A DNA stretch of 33,346 bases from a virus (lineage: Duplodnaviria; Caudoviricetes): positions 1 to 33,346 of the IMG/VR virus record IMGVR_UViG_3300032330_001210. One strand, 5' to 3'. The notes under the pieces were generated by a model, which worked only from the letters and a program-made list of their open reading frames with translations, did no database searches and had not been told where the DNA came from. The position numbers and the translations under genes are program-made. Below are positions 24,565 to 31,961 of the stretch, in pieces (position 1 is the first letter of the stretch; the number at the start of each line of letters is the position of its first letter).

Positions 24565-25325
24565 AGCAGACCCACTTCTTCCAAAATATGAATGGCGTGG
24601 AATGCGCTTCTGGCCATCTGCCCGCGTTCAGTAAGGATCACGTTTTCGGTATCGGCGCAAAGCAGGTGAAAGGCGTCTTTATTGTGAACGTTCAGGCACG
24701 GCCAGCTCGGCCCGGTGGATGTTCCGATGATCGCTTTCGCCTTGGCGGCCGTGGCTCCGATCCAAGTGACGTTTTTATTTTCAAAGGCAGGACAGATTTC
24801 AGTCGGCGCCGTTGTGATTACTCGATGGCCTTTTGCGACAAGTTTTGAAATTAAAACGGTGAAGTCGTCTTTGTTGAAATTTGTGAATTGATTCGACAGC
24901 CCAGGGGAATTGATGACGACGACGTCGAAGTCTTCGGTCATAGGAATGAACGATTCGAGCGCCCAATAATCAAACAAGAGATCTTCCGTTTTGCGTATTG
25001 GATTTTTTACGGCCATCCGGCTGGCCAGTTCCTCAAACCAGCACAGGTGAAACTTTGCAAAATCCAATCTGTCGGGATGACCGTACCAGTAGCCGTCGGA
25101 TCCGCGCCAGGAGTCGATGCTGTCTTTGGGAGCTTGGTCAATCGTCTTCAGAAATAGCCGGCGTGAAATATCAGACCGGAGCGCGTCGATTTCCTCAAAT
25201 CTGCAAAGGTCAGGACTGTAATAGTGCGTGATCTCTAGTTCAGGATTTTGCAGGCATAGGCGGCGCAGAAAGTTTAGCTGCACCAGATTGTCGCCAAGTC
25301 TGAACGCGTTGTGCGTGTAAATCAC
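24561..25325 (-). CDS. GT-B fold glycosyltransferase-like protein (GT9-like)
   Basis: N-terminal RLGDNL and C-terminal AKAIIGTSTGPSW resemble the GT9 GD and DSGP motifs. Confidence 0.6.
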   Translation of the reverse strand: MIYTHNAFRLGDNLVQLNFLRRLCLQNPELEITHYYSPDLCRFEEIDALRSDISRRLFLKTIDQAPKDSIDSWRGSDGYWYGHPDRLDFAKFHLCWFEELASRMAVKNPIRKTEDLLFDYWALESFIPMTEDFDVVVINSPGLSNQFTNFNKDDFTVLISKLVAKGHRVITTAPTEICPAFENKNVTWIGATAAKAKAIIGTSTGPSWPCLNVHNKDAFHLLCADTENVILTERGQMARSAFHAIHILEEVGLL

Positions 25326-27007
25326 GGATTGCGTTCCTTAAAAATCTTTTCTCCAAGCGTGTAGTTTTCTTTGGCGTTGTGCTTTTTGAATTCTTCGTCT
25401 TGTGGTGCGCCGGTGAAGAATGGGTTGTTATGTTTGAAGACCACGTCTTTTGCGTCCACGATCACTCCGTCGAATTTTGCCCTGTGGCTGAATTCGTTGT
25501 CGGAAAAGATTCCCGAGCATTGATCATATTCAGCCGCAAACATGGCGCCTTGATCCTCTAGTCTCGCCCGGGTCATGATCGCCATACACAGCAGCTCGTC
25601 CTGCCGATGGCCGTCGCTGATCGCCAAAACCTTCGGCTTGCTGGTATCGCCTAGCCTATCAATCAGGATCTGATCCCAGTGCAGCGGTGGATCCCAATCG
25701 TCGGAGCCCTGCACGATGATCTCGCCTTGCGCCACTGCGGCCGCCCTGTTCCATGCGGCGATGCAGCTACCCTTGCCCATGACCGGCCCCCACGGTTTCA
25801 ACGTCTTCGCCTTTTCGTCATCGTCGTCGCAGGAAAAGATCCATTCGACGGCAGCCGGATCGGCCGCCTTTTTCATCCATAGGATCCGGGCGTTGATCGC
25901 TTCCTGTGGTCGCCCGCGGGTGGCGTGACAGATTGAGATTTTGACCGGACGAATCTTCCGCCAGCTTGCGGTCACCCGATCAGCCTCTTCATTGTCGCCC
26001 ACGGCACGGCACGCCGCAATATAGAGATCGATGCATTCAAAGTCATAGACCGTTCGCTGGGCATTCCAGACCGTCACGCCGGGATCCGATTGAACCATCG
26101 CCGATTTGAGATAATGGTAAGCCGACGACCAACGGCCGACGGACGCTTCCTCCCGGGCCAAGTAGTAAAGAGATTCCCGGCGGCTGGGATTCATATGATG
26201 CGCTTTGTGATAAAGCTCGATCCGCTTTTCACGGTCAGGCGTTGCGCTCGCTAGATTGTTCATGGCCTCGTATGCCAGCGTCGGTTCCTGATCTGGCCAG
26301 TGCGCGGCAGCGTTTGACCACGTGATCGATTCCGCTCGGTTGTTGGACAGGAAAAGTTCCTGCTGGTAGTAATAGGCGTATTTGCCGGCCTCGCTCAGTT
26401 GCGCTTTTAGAATGCGTAGATTTCGATCAGCGCTTCCCTGCTTGTATCCGCCCGGGTGATGCTCAACCCAGACCGCCTGTTCGCCCACTGAAGTGAATCC
26501 CGGAAGCGGCAACAGCGCCTCATGCACGGCGTAGTTCCACCGGCCCGACCATCCGTTCTCTGTTTTTTTGACCATCCGTTCCCGTACTGGGGTCAGTTTG
26601 GCGTTTAAAACCGCATAAACTCCGGCATAGATTCCGACCTTCGGATCGGATTCAAACGCCGCCACGGCCCGTTTAAAGGCGTTTTTTAGGTCTTTATGTG
26701 GCAGGTCATCGCAGTCGATCCATACGGCATAGTCCCCAGAGCAGGCGCCCAGTGCCTTGTTGCGGGCGGCTGCGAAATTGTCGATATGCGGCCAATCGGC
26801 GCCTGCCGGTGCGTTGTGATATTCCGTGATGACCGCCCCAGCCTTTTCAGCGATCGCCCTGGTTCCGTCGTCTGGCCGGGATCCCTGCGCCATGCAGACT
26901 ACCAGTTCATCGCAGAACGGTTTGAATGCAGTCAGACAGCGTTCCATGAATTGCGCCTCGTGGCCGGCGATCATGTAAATTGAAATTTTAGGATTTCGAG
27001 TGGCCAC
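25322..27007 (-). CDS. Double glycosyltransferase: GT2 - TPR repeats - second GT2/GT-A domain
   Basis: KISIYMI, DDGT, NFAAARN, WIDCDD (DxD), VHE; TPR-like helices; then KISICHATRGRP, DDDD, AWNRAA, GSDDW, SDNEF. Confidence 0.88.
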   Translation of the reverse strand: MATRNPKISIYMIAGHEAQFMERCLTAFKPFCDELVVCMAQGSRPDDGTRAIAEKAGAVITEYHNAPAGADWPHIDNFAAARNKALGACSGDYAVWIDCDDLPHKDLKNAFKRAVAAFESDPKVGIYAGVYAVLNAKLTPVRERMVKKTENGWSGRWNYAVHEALLPLPGFTSVGEQAVWVEHHPGGYKQGSADRNLRILKAQLSEAGKYAYYYQQELFLSNNRAESITWSNAAAHWPDQEPTLAYEAMNNLASATPDREKRIELYHKAHHMNPSRRESLYYLAREEASVGRWSSAYHYLKSAMVQSDPGVTVWNAQRTVYDFECIDLYIAACRAVGDNEEADRVTASWRKIRPVKISICHATRGRPQEAINARILWMKKAADPAAVEWIFSCDDDDEKAKTLKPWGPVMGKGSCIAAWNRAAAVAQGEIIVQGSDDWDPPLHWDQILIDRLGDTSKPKVLAISDGHRQDELLCMAIMTRARLEDQGAMFAAEYDQCSGIFSDNEFSHRAKFDGVIVDAKDVVFKHNNPFFTGAPQDEEFKKHNAKENYTLGEKIFKERNP

Positions 27008-27009
27008 GT

Positions 27010-27309
27010 TTAAACCTCTCGAAGTCCGAGGACGTAGCTTCCGACCGATGTATCCAAAGACGCCACCCGGTATCCGATTGAATTGACCGTGATGATGGAA
27101 CCGATCGTCGGCGCTGTGGCCATGTTCGCCACGTCGATGGTGAACGTTGAATTAAGATCCAAATCAAAACCGCCCAGCTCGACGTTTTCTTTGCGTGAGA
27201 CAACGGACAGGATCCCGGTGACGCTCGTGGATCCGATTGTGGCGGCGGTGCCGGTCTGGGTGTAGAGAGCCGCCAGACTTTCCTTCAGGCATTCAGTAAA
27301 TTCAGACAT
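27010..27309 (-). CDS. Head-tail joining protein (lambda gpFII-like)
   Basis: 99 aa beta protein after the capsid gene; P.IGS.ITV....YRV. Confidence 0.7.
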   Translation of the reverse strand: MSEFTECLKESLAALYTQTGTAATIGSTSVTGILSVVSRKENVELGGFDLDLNSTFTIDVANMATAPTIGSIITVNSIGYRVASLDTSVGSYVLGLREV

Positions 27310-27331
27310 GTGAGGATTTCTTAAAGTGGAA

Positions 27332-27361
27332 AGGGCGGTGAGCCTTTCAGCCCACCGCCCT
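27332..27361 (-). terminator. Intrinsic terminator-like hairpin after the capsid gene
   Basis: AGGGCGGTGGGCT-GAAA-GGCTCACCGCCCT followed by TTCCACTTT. Confidence 0.75.
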
Positions 27362-27372
27362 CCCCGAGTGAA

Positions 27373-28263
27373 TTAGCTACCGTTGATACGCACGAGGCTG
27401 TTGGTCTCGCCGGCCTTCACGCCGTAGATCAGCGCGTAGGTGCGTTGGAGCAACCCTTTGACCACGTCGTAGTTCTCGCGAACCTGAACCGACAGGCCAG
27501 TGCGGGGTTCCGTCACCACGCTGATGTCGCCGGGGATCGGGACGCCAGTTGGGACTTCGGGAACGCGGGCTGCGATCAGGAGCGCTTCACGCTGGGCGAA
27601 GAATCCGCCGAGGGTGATGCTGTTGGAAGGCACCGCGCTGTACATGTTAATGTTAAACCCTGCAACGGATCCGATGCCGGCCGTGCGGGCCTGTTCACCG
27701 GTGATCTGAGCGTTCGCCACGATGGTCGAATCATTCAAGAGACGGCCATAGAACGAAGGGGCGAGAACCGCGTACCGATCGTGCTGGGGAACGTTTGCGT
27801 TGTTGAGGGTGATTCCAGCCGACACCACGGAGGCGTAGCTGAAGGTCGCCGAGCTCTGCGTGAGAGCTGAGGTGAAGCTGCTGGAAGTAACGAGCGAGAG
27901 CAAGTCACCGACCATCTGCAACCCGAGAGCGTGAGCGGCCGCGCCGGCGAACCGTTCGATCAGGTTGATGTTGGAGCTGGTGCGCTCTTGATCATCGATC
28001 GCGTAGGAAACGTGTTTGAACTTGTTCAGGGTGATCTGAACGTCGCTCTGTGTGGTAGCAGTCGCCACGTAGCCGTTGGTCTGCGAGTAGTCCTGGGCGG
28101 TCGTCGCAGAGATGCGGTGAGTGTAGACGCTGGCGCCGTACTTCGCGGCTTCCGAGCTGAAGTCCGTCACGCTGTTTTTGAGGAAGCTGTAATCCGCCAC
28201 GAGGATCTCGAGAGCCCTCTGAGCGATTACATTGGCATTCGTCGTTCCGATTGAGTTGGCCAT
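27373..28263 (-). CDS. Major capsid protein (HK97 fold, P22-coat-like family)
   Basis: 296 aa after the scaffold; AGGAG SD; ITLNKFKHVS..IDD, VPQHDRYAVL.P, G.IGSVAGFNI; downstream terminator. Confidence 0.88.
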   Translation of the reverse strand: MANSIGTTNANVIAQRALEILVADYSFLKNSVTDFSSEAAKYGASVYTHRISATTAQDYSQTNGYVATATTQSDVQITLNKFKHVSYAIDDQERTSSNINLIERFAGAAAHALGLQMVGDLLSLVTSSSFTSALTQSSATFSYASVVSAGITLNNANVPQHDRYAVLAPSFYGRLLNDSTIVANAQITGEQARTAGIGSVAGFNINMYSAVPSNSITLGGFFAQREALLIAARVPEVPTGVPIPGDISVVTEPRTGLSVQVRENYDVVKGLLQRTYALIYGVKAGETNSLVRINGS

Positions 28264-28287
28264 GTTAGTTTCTCCTAGTGGACTGGA

Positions 28288-29220
28288 TTACAGTCCGAGT
28301 TTGCGGAGCAGTTCCGACCGACGGGCCGGTGACTTTTCCGCGTTGAATTGATTGAGGATTTCTGCCCGGCCGAGCGGTTGGCTCGATTCAGCGGGAACCG
28401 CCACTGCACCAGCAGCGTCGGCCTTGGCTTTTTCCAAAGTGGTCACGGCCTTGTCGGCCTTTTCGTCGGACTTGGCGCTCATCTCGGAAGGCATTTCCTT
28501 TTTGGCCATGTCTTCGGCGGGAGTCTCAGGAACTTCGGTCACGTCTTGAGCTGCGTCGGCTTTTACCAACGCAAGCAGTTCGGACAGCATCCCGGCGATG
28601 TCGGTCAAAGTAGGTTCGGCCATTTTCTCCTCGGGCTTGTCGGAAGGTTTATCGGAAGGCATTTCGGCCAGCTCGGCTTTCACTTCGACAACGGGAGCTT
28701 CAACGGAAGGAGCTGCGACCTCGGCCACAACGGCCGGCGCGATCTCCTCTTTCTTCACTTCGACAGACGCTTCGTTCATTTGCAGTTTTTTCATGTCAAC
28801 TGCTGTGAATGCAGAAAACATTCCGGCGGGGTTGGCGGCCGGGGTGCTGACCACGCTGATGTCGTAGATCTCGGTTACCCTGGCGAAACGATTGCCGGCG
28901 ATTTCTTCCGGGACGCCGCTGAACGTAAGGGATAGGCCAAATCCTTCCGGGAGTACCTGCGCCAAGTGCTGAACGAACTGTGCTTCATTTGTGTTGAACA
29001 GGGTAAGGTCGCCCATCAGGCGTTCGCCTTCGATCCTGAATCCGTCGATATATCCAAGAATGCCGGACACCTCGGCTCCGTGGCCCATGGTCACCTTGAT
29101 CCGCTTCATGGAATTCGCGACTTCGAGCGCCTGCTCGAGCGACTTTTGATCGATCAGCAGATTGTGGCCTTTGGCCTCGCCGATCGTAAGAATGGAAACG
29201 TTTGAGAGTTTGTTGGCCAT
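28288..29220 (-). CDS. Prohead protease with C-terminal acidic scaffold domain
   Basis: GEAKGH, H, GLS, SVVSTPAANP protease-like motifs followed by an E/A/P/K-rich tail; ATG at 29220; probable internal scaffold start at 28779. Confidence 0.8.
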   Translation of the reverse strand: MANKLSNVSILTIGEAKGHNLLIDQKSLEQALEVANSMKRIKVTMGHGAEVSGILGYIDGFRIEGERLMGDLTLFNTNEAQFVQHLAQVLPEGFGLSLTFSGVPEEIAGNRFARVTEIYDISVVSTPAANPAGMFSAFTAVDMKKLQMNEASVEVKKEEIAPAVVAEVAAPSVEAPVVEVKAELAEMPSDKPSDKPEEKMAEPTLTDIAGMLSELLALVKADAAQDVTEVPETPAEDMAKKEMPSEMSAKSDEKADKAVTTLEKAKADAAGAVAVPAESSQPLGRAEILNQFNAEKSPARRSELLRKLGL

Positions 29221-29239
29221 GCAGGCCAACGCGTGTCAA

Positions 29240-29536
29240 TTATTCCTCGCGGTTAATTCGCCTCATTTGTGCGGCCGCCCATGTCTGACCAGCATCCCCT
29301 CCCCACAGCGCCCAAGCTATTCTGCCGGCTGATGGGAATCCCTGCTCACCTGGGCTGAATCCTTTGCCCTCCTTATCGACTTCATGTCTTGAGAAGTAGC
29401 TGTGCATTCGAGTTATGGTCGAATCGGGAAAGTCCACATTGTTGATGATGTCTCTGGCCCTTGCAACGCCGACAAGTGTTCCGCCGCGCTTGTGTTTTTT
29501 ACGCCATTCCAGCCCGCGCTTGGCCTCGGCAATCAT
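29240..29536 (-). CDS. Phage head-region domain (PSAGRIAWALWGG), probably a -1 frameshift extension of the portal
   Basis: The frame stays open upstream (EKIELAKPTAG-MIAEA) back to the A-tract at the portal end. Confidence 0.75.
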   Translation of the reverse strand: MIAEAKRGLEWRKKHKRGGTLVGVARARDIINNVDFPDSTITRMHSYFSRHEVDKEGKGFSPGEQGFPSAGRIAWALWGGDAGQTWAAAQMRRINREE

Positions 29537-29553
29537 GCCGGCGGTGGGTTTGG

Positions 29554-31662
29554 CTAATTCAATTTTTTCTTTTTTTTTACGCCAAGCCCGACGGCCTTTG
29601 CCACCATATCGAGTTCCTTAGCTGAAAGATTGAAGTCAGGGTCATCCTTCATCGTGAAAGATTCTGTCTGTGGCTTGGCGGAAAGTTTCATCTGCCGAAC
29701 GCACACGGCCGTCCGTTGTGCCGCGTCAGGGAATTCCTTATTCATGGTTGGGTTTCCCATACACCGGCCCATGAAATTGTCGTCACTTTCACCCGGATTC
29801 TGTGTGGGAAGATCCAGTTCAACCTTCGCTTCCAGATCTGTTTTGGACGTGAAGCGCAGTTTGCACGCAGTCTGCCTTTTATCCTGATCGGGATATTCTT
29901 TGATCATGCTGGTTTCTGTCATGCACCTATCCATGAAAGCGGATTCGTTTTCGCCTAGTTTTGGATCGGGCATGTTCAGTTCGACCACGGCCGACAGCTC
30001 CGCGTCCGGCCCTGCGTTCGGATCCTTTTCAGGATTCACCGGGGTGGGTTCGTTGATGGCCGGAGCTTCGGCCACAGGTTCCACCGGAGCGGATCCGCCT
30101 TCTCCGTTTGTGGCTGGGGCCGTTTGCACGGGTGCGCCTTTTGCAATCTTCACGGCGTCGTCTTCGTTCATTCCGAAAATAGAAACGAGAATCACGACAG
30201 CCTGTTCGGGCGTGACCAATCCCTGACCAATCGCCTGAAGAAGTGCGGTCAGACTTTGAGCGCCACCCACGCCGATTTTCGTGATCAGCGGCTCGGGCTG
30301 AACTTCTCCGCCGCCAAGGTAAGCCTGTTCTGTTTTCCTTTGATCTGCGACCTCCATCCAATCCATCCCAAGTTCTCCAAAATAATCGGAAAGAGTTGTC
30401 AGACCTGCTTTGTAATCCTCCCGGGACTGCTGTGCCTCACGCCCGGCGTCCACCGTAAGCGACTTCGGAGTCTGCCACGTGACCTTTGCGTAGTCTTCGA
30501 CGGCAGGAAGGTCGCCGTTCGCAATCGCTCCGCCGATGAAGTACCTCCACGCCCGATTGCAGAATCTGTCGATCAGTAGGCGCTGACGCTGTTCAAAACG
30601 ACGCTGCGCTTTGGCCACGATGAACCGCATCCCTGCTCCGCCCACGCTGGCCGGGTCATAAACGAATTCCACCGGAAGGCCGAGCCCCATCGCCACGTCA
30701 CGGATCAGGAACTTGGCGAACGGTTCAAAGCCGGCGTGCGGCCGGTTCGGCCCGACCATCTCAATCTTTTCGCCCGGGGCCAGCCGCGGGATCGTGGCCG
30801 AGCTTGTGATTTCCTCGCGGGCGATTGTGCTTTCGCCGATGTCCTGCGCCTGCACGGTTCCAAAGAATCCACCCTGCCCTGCCAATTCATCGCCTTCGTT
30901 TGTCGTGATGACAGCGGCAATCGAGCCCTGAAGTTTCAGCGCATCCTTTTCGAATTCACCCAACATCTTCAGATCCCGGACGTGATTCAACGCACGGGCC
31001 AGTGACGATCCTCCGCGGATCTGGTCAGGCCGTTCAAGTTCCATGAGATGAATGACGGTTTCCGCTCCGAGCTTCCGGTAGAGTTCGCCGGTCTGGATCA
31101 GGTAGGCGGTGGGTTCTCCGAGCTTTCCAAGGAACACGCCGTCCGCTGTCCCATAGTCGTCGCCCTCGCATACCCGGTGCCCTTCGACGATTTGCAGTTT
31201 TCCCTTTTCAGTCATGACGACGAACACGTCGCCGTCCACGTCGATGGATCTAGAGAGAGTCAGCAGCATGTCCGTCCAAGTCATCCGGCCGGTGACCTCC
31301 GGGGATGGCGCGACCATATCCCGCCAGTATTCCTCACAGAGTCTTCCGAACTCCTGATCGGTTCCGCGATATTGTGGGCGCAGCCCTGGGCCGATTGAAT
31401 AGGTGGCAATCGAGTCCACTGCGCCTTTGATCAGACCGACGTTCCGATACATGTGCCGCGCAAGTTTGAGAAGTTCCGTCCGGGTCGCTTCGTTAAGATC
31501 GAGGCGTGAATCGCGGGCGTGGGCTCCGTAAATGACCGGGCGTTTCCGTGAAAAGCCTGCGCCCTCGTAAGGTTGGAACGTGCTGATGCCAGCGCCAAAT
31601 CCTGCGCCGAACGCTTTGATTCCTGCACCCATCCGGGCCACGAGTGAGACTTTTTTCGACAT
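29554..31662 (-). CDS. Portal protein, lambda family, with a long C-terminal extension
   Basis: AR..YRN, IGPGLRPQ, DGDVF, RPDQIRG, L.PGE, A..LGLP; about 250 extra C-terminal residues. Confidence 0.92.
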   Translation of the reverse strand: MSKKVSLVARMGAGIKAFGAGFGAGISTFQPYEGAGFSRKRPVIYGAHARDSRLDLNEATRTELLKLARHMYRNVGLIKGAVDSIATYSIGPGLRPQYRGTDQEFGRLCEEYWRDMVAPSPEVTGRMTWTDMLLTLSRSIDVDGDVFVVMTEKGKLQIVEGHRVCEGDDYGTADGVFLGKLGEPTAYLIQTGELYRKLGAETVIHLMELERPDQIRGGSSLARALNHVRDLKMLGEFEKDALKLQGSIAAVITTNEGDELAGQGGFFGTVQAQDIGESTIAREEITSSATIPRLAPGEKIEMVGPNRPHAGFEPFAKFLIRDVAMGLGLPVEFVYDPASVGGAGMRFIVAKAQRRFEQRQRLLIDRFCNRAWRYFIGGAIANGDLPAVEDYAKVTWQTPKSLTVDAGREAQQSREDYKAGLTTLSDYFGELGMDWMEVADQRKTEQAYLGGGEVQPEPLITKIGVGGAQSLTALLQAIGQGLVTPEQAVVILVSIFGMNEDDAVKIAKGAPVQTAPATNGEGGSAPVEPVAEAPAINEPTPVNPEKDPNAGPDAELSAVVELNMPDPKLGENESAFMDRCMTETSMIKEYPDQDKRQTACKLRFTSKTDLEAKVELDLPTQNPGESDDNFMGRCMGNPTMNKEFPDAAQRTAVCVRQMKLSAKPQTESFTMKDDPDFNLSAKELDMVAKAVGLGVKKKKKLN

Positions 31663-31664
31663 GA

Positions 31665-31961
31665 TTAGCTGTCCAGAATGTAAGAGAACGAGGCGCTGGT
31701 ACGTGTGACCTGCACGCCGTTTAAGTAATCGATGGCAGCCTGAAACAGTTCGACGCGTTCGGTGGGTTTCAAGTCGATTTGAAAACTGGCGGATTGTCCG
31801 CCCGCCGACGTTCCCACCAAAGCACGCCCGGAAGCTGCGCCGGTCATGGCCGAGTTTCTGTCGGCCGCCAGATTGGTCAGCGCTGTCGCTGTGACTCCTG
31901 ACGCTTGCGCAAGGTAGTTGGTAGCGACGGCCCGGGTAAGTCTGCGGGAAATGGCCATCAC
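31665..31961 (-). CDS. Head-tail adaptor (gpW position)
   Basis: Small protein between TerL and portal, as in lambda A-W-B; start is GTG 31961 or ATG 31958. Confidence 0.6.
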   Translation of the reverse strand: MMAISRRLTRAVATNYLAQASGVTATALTNLAADRNSAMTGAASGRALVGTSAGGQSASFQIDLKPTERVELFQAAIDYLNGVQVTRTSASFSYILDS

